A DNA stretch of 54,786 bases, taken from positions 1 to 54,786 of the IMG/VR virus record IMGVR_UViG_3300021960_000004, one strand, 5' to 3'. Position numbers and translations under genes: made by a program. Shown in pieces: positions 18,901 through 28,629 of this stretch; position 1 is the first letter of the stretch; each line of letters opens with the position of its first letter. The DNA comes from a virus. Its lineage: Duplodnaviria; Caudoviricetes. The notes under the pieces were generated by a model. It was not told the origin of the DNA and ran no database searches. It saw only the letters and a program-made list of their open reading frames with translations.

Positions 18901-19425
18901 AGTCACACCCTTCTTAACTGTCTCCTTAACAGCTTGCTTGGACAGCCCCTCGGCAAGAAGCTTGTTAGCATACGACCTAACAGCCATTTGACTGGCTTTA
19001 GCAGTAGCCTTAGCGGCAATCTTAGACCCTACACCAAAGCCAAATGTAGCTGCAGTTACAGCCGTTGAAGGGGAAGCGATAAAAGAAGATGTGTAGTCCC
19101 AAGCTGTTTCAAAACCTCCAGTACCTCCACCCTCGGATACATCGTAGGCCTGCATTAGTTTTCCGAAGGCAAGCTTTCCCGACTTCGGGGCTTCCTCTTC
19201 CGACTTTTGTACATACAACAAATCAAAGACAGCTGTAGCCTCGTTCATAGACTGCCATCTCATGTGCTGTGCAAAGTCGTCTGCAAGTTGGTCAGTGTCC
19301 TCCAGCTGTTCAGGTGTGTAGTTGTACCTACCTCCAGAGAAGAAAGACTTAAGGTCTTCCTGAAACTCTTCCTGGTCCAGTAACTCGTTAAAGTACTTTC
19401 CTTCAGCTTGCTCTACGTAACTCAT
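15934..19425 (-). CDS. Large internal virion (ejection) protein
   Basis: 1163 aa, helical, last gene of the structural arm, the position of podoviral ejectosome proteins. Confidence 0.7.
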   Translation of the reverse strand: MSYVEQAEGKYFNELLDQEEFQEDLKSFFSGGRYNYTPEQLEDTDQLADDFAQHMRWQSMNEATAVFDLLYVQKSEEEAPKSGKLAFGKLMQAYDVSEGGGTGGFETAWDYTSSFIASPSTAVTAATFGFGVGSKIAAKATAKASQMAVRSYANKLLAEGLSKQAVKETVKKGVTKEGLKAAGISFAGEAAVGGVASYGRGETREAVIEGYDYTVGDLAIDATIDGTLGAVVGGFGGAWTQSSRNKAADILVDQAKKASDTAKANAKAAMDSITSSGLSDEQINDTMSDIVDLAQMFRARETGKTLDPLSKDAVKEGEMIFSRMLDERANELIAPGLDMNTVRGIAAASLKLKETLKLRPGERVSSAVARGISDGSVQAEQLTNIRREFNLSSEEMSYLWLAELSKAGKVLAEGSKLKKAMTQELDILASKGASVFTGNEATEIFSRLERGGAYSLLQNLDQTRIAFMTSQVGTTAANVATGGYNVVADMSDSFWKDVLNSTVGTKMPDGSVQRGWTGGTLSVLKSFTVNRKESEVLGSMLLEDAPLKFTELFYETQRVGDLTKSDSFLNRSARFVNTLNMATDAVFKQGSFYGAFDRRLRELNDPNLGTNFSDYLSKHTDLEAARSAGVVDYATDYAKRFTFQRGYEGDKSLFGRGAVGLQQAHRKFPFVISGGLNIPFPRYVANHLEYINDYTPIGIATGGLDQLEKRLYKQDAKSVSYLGDQFKTGKDRVARQMTGAMITIGGVVIAAQKNGEIDYDKIVTATGAEVDVGRTAGPWAANLLIGDLVWRSGLFGNEPLPISGEAFAKNASEVLAGMGDLGFDIDLVGDLAASIKDGEFNEAALKGLGNIVATFTYPQTMARDVAAQLSDFARGNPYVRDVKGNPLTGERNFLEDVVGEGILRNQALRFVMDMKGVALTQTRRDSDGEDLKLYSPFNPTPVGGYNPITRQLGFTQEPPSTDIQKEMTLLGLEEYKLYGNTKTKNATLDYTVRKLLARGMPGVPTMAEEFKSWKANWQLNNRTEYAGRTYDELGDDYTLKKMALQDFVNHRVSNAQDLMTDAFETMLESNTGRKRAAGFLRNQYVLTEKLLESSSGRNFDELVSLMTQDEDVKYKSARDYLGDSSSVEEELARRRRVIRYAEDNYDFDKAIFPQQFLGSEETD

Positions 19426-20378
19426 CAGATATCTCCTAACGGAGAACCAGTACCTGTACCAGTACCTGTACCTGTACCTGTACCAGTACCTGTACCAGTA
19501 CCTGTGGGGGCTTTGAAAGGTTCCCAGTTAAAGCCAGGTGTAGTAATTGCCTCATCTATCTTTTCAAGAACAGTGACTGCAGGTACGTTAGAACTGTTTT
19601 CAATACTACCAATAACCGTACTTAGAGCAGACACTGGGCTGAAACTGTTTGTAGGATCTTCTGCTAACTCTACCGTCTTTTCAGTAAGGTTATTAAAAAG
19701 TATTTGAACATCTGGTGCGGCGTCCTGGCTGAACACAACATCACCTACGTTGTTAATAGAGAAGTTAGTATCGTACATTGTACTGAGGGATGAGGCCAGC
19801 TGTGCTTGAATAGACTTCCGATCTGACAGTTCAATACGTGGCCCCTTAGTAGAGTTTAGCCTAAATGCGGGTAGCCTTGTCCTTCCAGAAGACTCAGTGG
19901 TTTTTAAGAACTGTTCTTGGAGTTCATTGAGGTCTCCCATTGCGTTAATAAGACCCAAGGACATGTCCTCTTCTGTCTTGAAGCTTTCACCTTGCAGACC
20001 CCTTGATACTGCAGCAGCAAGAGCCTCGTCGCCTTCTACCTTTTCGTCCAGAAATGCTGATAATGTTTCTACATAGTTCTCTGACAGCTTACCATTCTTT
20101 GTTAACGTAGCTACCTTGTCTATTTCAAACTCTAATTGACCAGACATTTCAAGCGCCCTAGCAGACTTAGTGGAGAAGCCAAACCTTTTAGCTTGGGAAA
20201 CCCTTGCCCTTGAAGCCTTAAGGGATTCCCTACGATCCTGTATATTTTTCAGACCAGTCTTAAATAAGTACTCACGCTTTACAGCATTGATCTCCGCAAC
20301 CTTAGCCTTCTTCTCTGCGACTTGATCGTTGTATGCTTTAGCAAGACTGCCAGCTATCATTATTTTCTTGAATGACAT
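19425..20378 (-). CDS. Putative internal virion protein with C-terminal (Thr-Gly)10 tract
   Basis: 317 aa; TGATG coupling to the next gene. Confidence 0.7.
   Translation of the reverse strand: MSFKKIMIAGSLAKAYNDQVAEKKAKVAEINAVKREYLFKTGLKNIQDRRESLKASRARVSQAKRFGFSTKSARALEMSGQLEFEIDKVATLTKNGKLSENYVETLSAFLDEKVEGDEALAAAVSRGLQGESFKTEEDMSLGLINAMGDLNELQEQFLKTTESSGRTRLPAFRLNSTKGPRIELSDRKSIQAQLASSLSTMYDTNFSINNVGDVVFSQDAAPDVQILFNNLTEKTVELAEDPTNSFSPVSALSTVIGSIENSSNVPAVTVLEKIDEAITTPGFNWEPFKAPTGTGTGTGTGTGTGTGTGTGSPLGDI
19446..19505. repeat. Ten tandem ACC(A/T)GT hexamers encoding (TG)10
   Basis: accagt acctgt accagt acctgt acctgt acctgt accagt acctgt accagt acctgt. Confidence 0.9.
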
Positions 20379-20382
20379 GTCT

Positions 20383-20955
20383 TTATCCTCTCGCCATTAA
20401 GCCACGGGATTTACTTTGAGGCGCTTCCTCAGCCAGTGCATCGGCTACGTCAGAAACATCTGGTGATATCTCGCCTTCAGTATCCTGAGCAACATCAATG
20501 TCAGGCACTGCCTCAGCAAACTCACCAAGCATTTCGTAACCCTCGTCCCTCTCTTCGATGGGTGTCTCAGCAAGAGCTTTATCAAGTAGGATACCGACCT
20601 TATCTTTCTCTTCTTTTTCCGTTGTCTCTGTATTCTTAAAATCATCTAAGTATTCAACACCAGCTTCTTCCGCTGTTGAGGCTATGAACTTGTGTATGAC
20701 AGGGGCAATGATCAGACTGATGTCAAGGTTATGGATACCCTTGGCTACAGCTATGGTAAGTGCAGCCTGAGTTGCATGTTTAACTGGAAGCCCATACTCA
20801 AGGGTGAACAGCAAGTTATCCAATCTCTTTGGATCAGACAGCTTCTCCATATGCCAGATGACTGCATCGTTAGGGTCTGTAATCTCTGGAGGTCTCTCGT
20901 ACAGAGCATTACGTGGGGTCTTGGTTAGGGATTGCCCTGGGATAGGTCCGTCCAT
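20383..20955 (-). CDS. Putative virion protein
   Basis: MDGPIPGQSLT...ERPP N-terminus, acidic C-terminal part ending GLMARG. Confidence 0.7.
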   Translation of the reverse strand: MDGPIPGQSLTKTPRNALYERPPEITDPNDAVIWHMEKLSDPKRLDNLLFTLEYGLPVKHATQAALTIAVAKGIHNLDISLIIAPVIHKFIASTAEEAGVEYLDDFKNTETTEKEEKDKVGILLDKALAETPIEERDEGYEMLGEFAEAVPDIDVAQDTEGEISPDVSDVADALAEEAPQSKSRGLMARG

Positions 20956-21833
20956 TATACTTCACCTCTAAAGTTTTCGACTAAGTCTAAGTACTTAGGT
21001 ACGTAAGGCATGATATGTTCCTCAGATAGACCTAAGCCTCCACTATCTAGGGCAGGTCCGTCATGGTGAAGAGCGTACACGTAGTCGTTGCTGTAACCCT
21101 TTTTCCTAGCCATCCTAAAGTTATCTGAAGTATGCTCAAGAACCGCTTGAACCTGCATGTCCACATCCCACTGATTCTCAGGGAAGATGCCATAACTTTT
21201 ACCTGTCTTGTCAATAAACTGCCCTAAGCCTCTGGCACTGCTAGACTTAGCTGCTGCGTCTGGATTGAACCCTGACTCATACCTAACAGTTGCGAGTGTG
21301 TAGGCAATCTCGTAATCTGTCATGCCTAGCTTGCTCCCTACATCAACAATCTTATTGACTATCTCTTGCTGTACAGCGGGGCTAACGTCACCAGCCCTAC
21401 GGGAGTTACCCCTTAGCTCACCTTCAATCAGAGGGGAGTCGAAGTAAGACTGAGGGGCAACCTCACCAGTTTGGACACCCTTCTTACCGTACAAGTCCTC
21501 TGAGAGTTGGATTGGGTTGTAAGACTCTTCTGGTTTATTCTCGCTGGCATCTTCCTCGATACCCTGAATCCAAGAAGCCATGTCTAAGTCAGGGGCTAAA
21601 GCTCTTTCCCTAGATGCACCGATATCCGACTGACTAAAAATCCTCCTAACACCTTGGGCACTACTCTTCATGGAGGCCTTGGTCTGCTCCGCTTGAGCCT
21701 CACCTAAGGCAAGCATCCTCTTAGTCCTCTCTCTTGAAGAAGTACCAGCAGCTTTAGTTGTGGGGTCTTCCTGCTGTTTAGCGAACCTGTCAAGCTGGTC
21801 GTACTTCGTCATGTAGTTAGTCTTGAAAGCCAT
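20955..21833 (-). CDS. Virion-associated lytic transglycosylase (SLT/lysozyme-like C-terminal domain)
   Basis: YESGFNPDA...SSARGLGQF catalytic Glu motif; located among internal virion genes. Confidence 0.8.
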   Translation of the reverse strand: MAFKTNYMTKYDQLDRFAKQQEDPTTKAAGTSSRERTKRMLALGEAQAEQTKASMKSSAQGVRRIFSQSDIGASRERALAPDLDMASWIQGIEEDASENKPEESYNPIQLSEDLYGKKGVQTGEVAPQSYFDSPLIEGELRGNSRRAGDVSPAVQQEIVNKIVDVGSKLGMTDYEIAYTLATVRYESGFNPDAAAKSSSARGLGQFIDKTGKSYGIFPENQWDVDMQVQAVLEHTSDNFRMARKKGYSNDYVYALHHDGPALDSGGLGLSEEHIMPYVPKYLDLVENFRGEV

Positions 21834-21845
21834 TACTTTTATCCT

Positions 21846-23684
21846 TTAGTATAACCAATCAAAGAGAGCCTTAGCAATCTCTTGGTTAGCTCCTATTTCT
21901 GCTTGGAGTTTAGCTGCATCAAGTTCAGCATCAGCGGCAAGTTTCTGTAGTACAATTGCGTTAGCCCTGTCCTGATCGTTCTGGTAAGAATTAAACACGT
22001 AGTCCATCTCGTCACGCTCACGCTGCCAGATCTCATCTATCTCAGCCTGTGTTAAAGCATTCTGCTCTTTGGCTACGTACAAGGCTCTCTCGTTAGCAGC
22101 CGATTGGTTTTGTGTAGCAGCTGTCTGTCTCCACTTAGCGTTAGCTTGAGCAACAACTAAACTATTTGAGATCATAAACTGTTTAAAGGCATTGTCTTGG
22201 GCTACATTAAATTGATTGGTAGAGTTTACAGCACTGGTATCAAACTGTGCGATAGCGTTGGTTTGGTCTGCGTTGAACTTAGAAACATTAGCTTGAAGGT
22301 CAGCAAAAAACTGATTTGTCTGGTTCTCAGATGCAGAGTTAAACTGTGCCGCAGCATTCTCAGCAGCTTGGTCCGTGAAGAGAGCCTGAATATTTTGCTG
22401 TGCCCTGAACATCTCGGTCTGCTGCCTATTATTAAGATTAGACATATCCATACCCAAGAAGGACTGAGCGTTCTGAACAGCTGCTTGCTGTCTATTATTT
22501 AAGTTAGCCATATCAAGGTTAGCTAAAGCAGAAGCCTCAGACATTACCATAGCTTGATCGTTAGATAGGTTAGTTAGAGCCATCGTGTTAGCTGCACGAG
22601 AGTTCTCTAAGGCTACCTGCTGTTCAGCAGTGAAGTTCATGTTGGCTATATCAGATATCTTAGCGGCGTTAGCTACTCTAGATTGAAATGCCTGATCAAA
22701 CTCCATGCCCATAAAGGTAGCACGTTGTTGTGCGGCAAGCATAGCACGTTGCTGTCTATTAGACAAGTTCTGAACTTCAAATTGTGCCTGTACCTGTGCA
22801 TCCATCTGAGCAATAGGCAGGGCCGCTTCCATAGCTGCTTGAACAACTGCTTGACCAGCCATACTAGATGCACCTAAGCCACGAGCAGACAAGGTAGCCA
22901 TAGCTGTGCGCATGGAACCAGCAGCCCAAGCAGGGGTTTCCCCACCCTCAAAGTCAGCCATCAAAGATTCGAGTTGACCCGCTACTGTAGCTTGCTTGGT
23001 AGGTGTAGCCGTTGCAGCCTGTATCTCTTCATTGAACTTAGACGCAGTTTCAGCATTAGCTACAGGCGATATCAACTCACTTTGACCAGTTACAGGGTCA
23101 GCTTCAATCTTACGCTGCACAGGGTTGTTCATCAGTACTGCAGCGCCTTGAGCAGCTGTTAGGTCAGACACTGCAGACTTATCTTGCTGAGCCGCATCTA
23201 CCTGAGCTTGCTGTGAGACAACGCCCTCTTGTGCTTTTGTTTCCTCTGTAACCTTCTTAACTTCAGGTGCAACAGTAGTGGGCGCAAAGGTAGAAACTTG
23301 GGCTGTCTGAGGGGAGGTAGCTTGGGCAGCAGTACCAATAGTGTCAAACCCAGCTGTGGTAGCTGCTTGGTCTGGCCCTGTTTGAATCTCTTGGTCAGCT
23401 TGAGGGGTGATGTAGCCGTAGTTAGGGGCAGCAACATTAGTAGAAGGGGTGACTGAGTCAGGACTAGTCAAGCCACCTGTAGCAAGGCCTACTGTCTTAG
23501 TATCTGTCTCAGCAGTAGGAGAGCCTTGCATTGCTCTAGCTTTTCGTTCCAGCTTTTTCATAAGGGATCTAGCCTCAGGCTTAGACTGCATGAAAGCTTC
23601 CATCTCGTCCCCTTGTTCAGACCCTGTATAGCCTGTCTTGGAAAGGATGGTGTATTTTTGTTTGTTGCTAAACATATCCAGCAT
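21846..23684 (-). CDS. Gln/Ala/Asn-rich helical virion (ejection/pilot-like) protein
   Basis: Repeated NL(S/N)NRQQ and QFN helical repeats. Confidence 0.7.
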   Translation of the reverse strand: MLDMFSNKQKYTILSKTGYTGSEQGDEMEAFMQSKPEARSLMKKLERKARAMQGSPTAETDTKTVGLATGGLTSPDSVTPSTNVAAPNYGYITPQADQEIQTGPDQAATTAGFDTIGTAAQATSPQTAQVSTFAPTTVAPEVKKVTEETKAQEGVVSQQAQVDAAQQDKSAVSDLTAAQGAAVLMNNPVQRKIEADPVTGQSELISPVANAETASKFNEEIQAATATPTKQATVAGQLESLMADFEGGETPAWAAGSMRTAMATLSARGLGASSMAGQAVVQAAMEAALPIAQMDAQVQAQFEVQNLSNRQQRAMLAAQQRATFMGMEFDQAFQSRVANAAKISDIANMNFTAEQQVALENSRAANTMALTNLSNDQAMVMSEASALANLDMANLNNRQQAAVQNAQSFLGMDMSNLNNRQQTEMFRAQQNIQALFTDQAAENAAAQFNSASENQTNQFFADLQANVSKFNADQTNAIAQFDTSAVNSTNQFNVAQDNAFKQFMISNSLVVAQANAKWRQTAATQNQSAANERALYVAKEQNALTQAEIDEIWQRERDEMDYVFNSYQNDQDRANAIVLQKLAADAELDAAKLQAEIGANQEIAKALFDWLY

Positions 23685-23695
23685 TTAGATTACCC

Positions 23696-23950
23696 TTACT
23701 TATCTAAGTTCATCCATACTGCACCAGCTATAAAGGTGAGCATAGAGACTGTTATTACTTTTGTTACTGTATTCCAAATAGACTTACGAGTGTCACGCCA
23801 GGCCTCTAGTAAGCTGCGCATCTCAGTAATATCTTTCTGTGCGGAGTCATCGAGCAAGCCAATAGAAGCCAGTGCCTCCTTCGCACCCTTACGGGCAGCA
23901 CGGTCAAGCATAGCTTCAAGTTCTTCATTTGTGATTGTTGTTTGACCCAT
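23696..23950 (-). CDS. Small membrane protein (DUF6127-like)
   Basis: ELEAMLDRAARKGA.EAL..IGL...DI.EMRSLLEAWR plus C-terminal TM helix. Confidence 0.65.
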   Translation of the reverse strand: MGQTTITNEELEAMLDRAARKGAKEALASIGLLDDSAQKDITEMRSLLEAWRDTRKSIWNTVTKVITVSMLTFIAGAVWMNLDK

Positions 23951-23990
23951 GCTCTTTAGTACCTATAGTTAGTGAGTAAAGGATAGCTAA

Positions 23991-24019
23991 GTTATAGCAT
24001 TTATTGGTATACTTGTCAA
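23991..24019 (-). promoter_or_regulatory. Sigma70-type promoter for internal virion genes
   Basis: Minus strand TTGACA-N17-TATAAC. Confidence 0.7.
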
Positions 24020-24032
24020 GTCAAGACAGCGT

Positions 24033-24506
24033 TTACTTTATCTCTTGAGCCAGTATAGCAGCACCCCAGATTAGACCTGCACTACCTAATGCGAAGATAA
24101 CGATAGCAGCTACTATTGTAAGAGCATAAAAGATCTTATCTCTCTTTGCAGCCTCAGCCTCAAGTGCATCCTTGCGTCTTTTACGTGCTCGTGCTTGCTC
24201 ATGTACTACACTCTCCCACATACCTGGAGGTCCATACAGCTGACATATAGAGCGGAGTTCATCTGTAACTTCTTTATGCTTCATCTTTGCTTGAGCAATT
24301 GCAAAGCCTTCTTCTTCTGTAGATGTTAAACGGCCCAGTGGTCCTTTGTGTCTACCCTTCTCTGCAACACCAATCTCTGCTTCAAGATTAGCAAGCTTAC
24401 CAAAAGCAGGCATAAGACTGTTTACATCTTTACCCGCCTTTACTGCACTACTGATACTACCAGCGACTGTACTTACCGCACTTGCAAGAGCTAATACTTC
24501 AATCAT
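24033..24506 (-). CDS. Hypothetical membrane protein
   Basis: 157 aa, hydrophobic N-terminus and C-terminal TM helix. Confidence 0.7.
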   Translation of the reverse strand: MIEVLALASAVSTVAGSISSAVKAGKDVNSLMPAFGKLANLEAEIGVAEKGRHKGPLGRLTSTEEEGFAIAQAKMKHKEVTDELRSICQLYGPPGMWESVVHEQARARKRRKDALEAEAAKRDKIFYALTIVAAIVIFALGSAGLIWGAAILAQEIK

Positions 24507-24507
24507 C

Positions 24508-24855
24508 TTACTTAGTCATGTCCCTATGATCTCTGTTGATGTATCGTAGTTCACTCTCCATAACGGCTATGCGTTGCTTAAGCTTATTGATCTCATTAAT
24601 AGCTAAGGTCATAGAGGCAAGCTCATCCCATAACTCTTCTATGTCACTCCATACGTACTGTATCTCTACGCCATTGCTTTCAACGTCACGCTTAAGGTTA
24701 ATGTTATCCTCAATAGCCATACGTGAGCCAAGCTGACTGACAGTCTCCTCTAAGCTTGCAATGGTAGCAGCCTGCTGTGACACCCACCATACACCACCTG
24801 CAAGCTGGACAGCCATAGCTGCAACAAGAGCTATAGGCAGTTTAATGTTTTCCAT
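24508..24855 (-). CDS. Hypothetical protein, N-terminal TM plus coiled coil
   Basis: LVAAMAVQLAGGVWW then heptad-rich region. Confidence 0.7.
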   Translation of the reverse strand: MENIKLPIALVAAMAVQLAGGVWWVSQQAATIASLEETVSQLGSRMAIEDNINLKRDVESNGVEIQYVWSDIEELWDELASMTLAINEINKLKQRIAVMESELRYINRDHRDMTK

Positions 24856-24869
24856 AGCTTTACTAGCCT

Positions 24870-25043
24870 CTACTTAAACTTAATTTCTATAGGACATACG
24901 TAGTTGTAACTCACTCTGTATACCCTGTCGTACCACGTACCGTTCTTAGTTAATCCACAGTCGTAGTAACAGTACTGAAACAGTCGGTTACCACTCTGTG
25001 TCCAAGCGTGGTTAAATGAAATAAATGCAAGGACACAGAGCAT
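24870..25043 (-). CDS. Small Cys/Tyr-rich hypothetical protein (57 aa, not in ORF track)
   Basis: MLCVLAFISFNHAW...YCYYDCG...YVCPIEIKFK*; fills the gap in the operon. Confidence 0.6.
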   Translation of the reverse strand: MLCVLAFISFNHAWTQSGNRLFQYCYYDCGLTKNGTWYDRVYRVSYNYVCPIEIKFK

Positions 25044-25047
25044 TACA

Positions 25048-25395
25048 CTAAGGCTTAGTAGGCCAGTCAGACTCTTCTAGGTTAGGCCAGTTCTCATGTG
25101 CTGGTAGGTCACGCAGAGCTTGGCGATAGGTAATCATCTCAGTAGACATAGTAACGTCAGACAACGCAAGATAGTCCGTCTTAGCAAGTAAAGCGTTTCT
25201 GAGGTTACGCATTGAAATACTTTTACGTGCATCTAGTTCTTCTTGAGTAGGTGCATTAGGATCACTAAAAGATGAACCATCATATAACCACCCAATACCC
25301 CCAGAAGTAGCAGCAACAAGGTTAGGTATATCAGAAAGATTGTCTACCTCTACTGTGTTAGTAACAACACCGTTTTCTACAACGTGGGCTTTCAT
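25048..25395 (-). CDS. Tail fibre assembly chaperone-like protein
   Basis: RNALLAKTDY...YRQALRDLP...WPTKP C-terminal motif. Confidence 0.8.
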   Translation of the reverse strand: MKAHVVENGVVTNTVEVDNLSDIPNLVAATSGGIGWLYDGSSFSDPNAPTQEELDARKSISMRNLRNALLAKTDYLALSDVTMSTEMITYRQALRDLPAHENWPNLEESDWPTKP

Positions 25396-26033
25396 TAGAC
25401 GTACTCCTCTACGATTACGATACCAGCACTACCTGCGCCACCTGTGGGGGAGCCAGCTCCGTTCATACCTCCGCCGCCGCCGCCAAAACCAGTAGCAGCT
25501 TGGGCATTACTATTTCGCTGCATAAACGCACCACCAAAACCTAGAAGTGAATTACCGCCCATACCGCCGTTGACTTCGTTGCTGTATTGATCCATACCAC
25601 CACTACCTTTTTGACCAGTAAAGTTTATGTCTCCATTAGAGCCAACACCACCTGCCGCAGCAGTTGGCGATCCGTTAGACCGACTACCACCGTCACCGCC
25701 TGTTGCTTGTAAGTAACTCCCAAAAGACGTAGTGCCGCCAGTACTTCCATCAGCATTAGTACCACTACCTGCGCCACCTGCACCAATAGTTACAGCGACA
25801 GAAGATACGCTCGAAACATCAATTACTTCAATAGACGCTCCGCCACCGCCACCGCCCATTGGGTTATCATTACTGCTATCCCATGCCGATCCACCACCAC
25901 CACCACCAACTACAGTAACCTTTACCTTTGTTACACCTGATGGTTTTGTCCAAGTGCCACTTGAAGTAAACACCTGCATTGATGCAAAGCCACTACTACC
26001 AGCGGTAGCTACTAAATCTGTTAAGTTAGCCAT
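25395..26033 (-). CDS. Glycine-rich tail-associated protein
   Basis: FTSSGTWTKPSGV.KVKVTVVGGGGGG ... GIVIVEEY glycine-rich domain. Confidence 0.8.
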   Translation of the reverse strand: MANLTDLVATAGSSGFASMQVFTSSGTWTKPSGVTKVKVTVVGGGGGGSAWDSSNDNPMGGGGGGASIEVIDVSSVSSVAVTIGAGGAGSGTNADGSTGGTTSFGSYLQATGGDGGSRSNGSPTAAAGGVGSNGDINFTGQKGSGGMDQYSNEVNGGMGGNSLLGFGGAFMQRNSNAQAATGFGGGGGGMNGAGSPTGGAGSAGIVIVEEYV

Positions 26034-26293
26034 TACTCGCCCTCCTCTTCAAGTGTCGCAGGGTCTACCCAATCAGGATTAGCTGTCCATGTAGTGCCAT
26101 CAAAAGTGTAACGATTACCTGTCCAGTTTTCTGGTGGTGTTACGTTCTCGTGTAACGTTGCATTAACAGCATTCAAGTCACCGATAATAAAGTCAGGCGT
26201 AATGATGTTATCAGGAGACATCACTATTTCTGCTGCATCCTCAAAGACATACTTCGATAGACCTGTTGCTGTTTCTACGATAGTCTTTTTCAT
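26033..26293 (-). CDS. Hypothetical tail-associated protein
   Basis: P.NW.G.RYTFDGTTW..NPDW motif; coupled to fibre genes. Confidence 0.7.
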   Translation of the reverse strand: MKKTIVETATGLSKYVFEDAAEIVMSPDNIITPDFIIGDLNAVNATLHENVTPPENWTGNRYTFDGTTWTANPDWVDPATLEEEGE

Positions 26294-28617
26294 TAGACCA
26301 AACCTCCTAAGTATTCATTCATCTCACTACCAGTGAGTTTTGTTTTAACTTGTAATTCTGTTGAACTGATAGCTTTACCTATTTTACGCCCGTTGTTAGT
26401 AGTACTAAATGTACCATCGTTAGCTACGAAGTATGATGTGTTTGCCGTAGGGGCGCTTCCTGTGGTGTATTGGAATACGGTATCGTTTGCATTTCCAACA
26501 ACAAACATTTTCACGCCGTTACTACTGAATGCTAACCCTAGTGGAGTAGTCTCTTGCGTGGCAACACTAAAGTTAGTACTGTCGTAAGAGGCTGTGCTTA
26601 TATCATAAGCTGTAGATAAAGAGTATTGGAAAACAGAGTCTTGATTATTAATCAAGATAAATAATTTAGTTCCATCTCCATTAAATGTTATACTATTAGG
26701 ATTTGATCCTTGAGAGGTGACACTTAAACTCTTTCCGCTGTAAGATACTGCACTTAAATCAAAGGCGGTGGCTAAGGTGTATTGATAAAGCGTATTATTA
26801 TTACCCGCCAACACATACATTTTTGTGCCATCTGGGCTAAGAGCAACGTCCTGCCCTCCCGAAACTTGGCTGTAAACAGTATATGAAGAGCTATCAAGGG
26901 AGGCTGTACTTACATCCCATGACGTAGATAAAGAGTAGCTATGCACTCTAGCGAAAGAATTATCTATCACAAACATCTTAGTCCCGTCTGGACTAAAGTG
27001 CATTCCATAAATGATACCAGACAGACCTGTAGTAAAACTAGTACCGCCATAAGATGCTGTGCTTATATCATAAGCGGTAGAAAGGGTGTATTGATAAACT
27101 ACTTTGTCTGTCCAACTTAGAATATACATTATAGTACCGCTTGAGTCAAAGGCAACATCATAAGGTACTGAAACTTGAGAAGAAACACTAAAACTAGATG
27201 AGTCATAACTAGCATTAGCAATGTCGTAACTAGAAAAAGTACCGACATTTACCACCCCGCCAATAATGGTGATCTCACCTGTGGCAGTATCTGCAATATC
27301 TTCCGCTGCTATGCCAATGTAGGATGAGGCGTTGGTTGAAGATGTAGGTTCAAAAACAACAGCAGTCCCGTAATTAGAGTTACCGCTATCTTGATAGGCA
27401 ATAACTATTTTATTAGAGTTACTATCAAAAACAGCAGACGTGTAACTTGTACCAGAACTTTCGAAAACTATAGGTGTACCGAAACTAATAGAAGTACCGC
27501 TTACAGTGCCAATAACAACAGAGCCTGCACTAGAATATGCAATAACTACTTTACTAGAGTTAGCATCAAATGTAGCGGAAATCCATACTGTGTTTGTAGT
27601 TTCAAAAACTACAGGCGTACCGAAACTAACGGAAGTACCACTTACAGTTCCAACAATAGCAGTTCCATAGTTACCGTTTCCAGCATCTTTGTATGCAATA
27701 ACTGCTTTATTAGATGTACTATCAAAAGCAGCCGAGATTTCGTATGAAGCAGCACTTTCAAATACCACAGGAGTTCCATAACTAATGGAAGTACCACTTA
27801 CAGTACCTACTACAGCAGTCCCGTAATTAGAGTTACTGACATCTGTATAGGCAATAACTATTTTATTAGAGTTACTATCTTTAACAGTGGATGTATACGC
27901 TACATAACCACTGTCAAAAACTGCGGGAGTTCCAAAGCTAATAGACGTACCACTTACCGTGGCTACCACAGCCTTCCCGTCATTAGCATTACCTTGATAT
28001 GCAATAATAACTTTGCCTGAACTGCTATCAAAAGTTGAGGAAATATAGTTAGACGCAGAGCTTTCGAAAACTACAGGCGTACCAAAGCTTATCGATGTAC
28101 CACTTACCGTCCCAACAATAGAGGTTCCATAATTAGTGTTACTATCGTCACGATAAGAAGTAACAATCTTATTGGTGTTACTGTCATATGTTGATGAAAT
28201 AAAAGCAGTAAAAGCACTTTTAAAAACTACAGGTGTACCAAAGCTAATACTTGTACCGCTTACAGTCCCTACTACTGCAGTCCCATAATAAGAATTTGCG
28301 GCATCAGTGTAAAAAACAACTACTTTATTGGAAGAAATATCCAGTACGGCTGATACATAGTCAACTCTTGCGCTTTCAAAAACTTCAGGAGTTCCAGCAA
28401 AAGGCGGTGCTTCAGCAACCACACTAACCGTACCATCAGCATTAACCACAACAACATCACCGTTACTAATAGCCCCACTAGCAACAAACTCATGTGTACC
28501 TCCACCGCCTACACCAGCAGCACCTATAGCTGTAGCAGTAGTAGCATCTACAGAAGCAATGTTAGTTAAGCCTCTGCTATTATCTACTACTGTAGTACCT
28601 GCAATCTTTATAGCCAT
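26293..28617 (-). CDS. Beta-propeller fibre/receptor-binding protein, paralogue B
   Basis: Repeats GTVSGTSISFGTPVVF followed by Y.LSTA(Y/W)D.STASY / DGTKM repeats. Confidence 0.8.
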   Translation of the reverse strand: MAIKIAGTTVVDNSRGLTNIASVDATTATAIGAAGVGGGGTHEFVASGAISNGDVVVVNADGTVSVVAEAPPFAGTPEVFESARVDYVSAVLDISSNKVVVFYTDAANSYYGTAVVGTVSGTSISFGTPVVFKSAFTAFISSTYDSNTNKIVTSYRDDSNTNYGTSIVGTVSGTSISFGTPVVFESSASNYISSTFDSSSGKVIIAYQGNANDGKAVVATVSGTSISFGTPAVFDSGYVAYTSTVKDSNSNKIVIAYTDVSNSNYGTAVVGTVSGTSISYGTPVVFESAASYEISAAFDSTSNKAVIAYKDAGNGNYGTAIVGTVSGTSVSFGTPVVFETTNTVWISATFDANSSKVVIAYSSAGSVVIGTVSGTSISFGTPIVFESSGTSYTSAVFDSNSNKIVIAYQDSGNSNYGTAVVFEPTSSTNASSYIGIAAEDIADTATGEITIIGGVVNVGTFSSYDIANASYDSSSFSVSSQVSVPYDVAFDSSGTIMYILSWTDKVVYQYTLSTAYDISTASYGGTSFTTGLSGIIYGMHFSPDGTKMFVIDNSFARVHSYSLSTSWDVSTASLDSSSYTVYSQVSGGQDVALSPDGTKMYVLAGNNNTLYQYTLATAFDLSAVSYSGKSLSVTSQGSNPNSITFNGDGTKLFILINNQDSVFQYSLSTAYDISTASYDSTNFSVATQETTPLGLAFSSNGVKMFVVGNANDTVFQYTTGSAPTANTSYFVANDGTFSTTNNGRKIGKAISSTELQVKTKLTGSEMNEYLGGLV

Positions 28618-28629
28618 TAGAGTACCACC

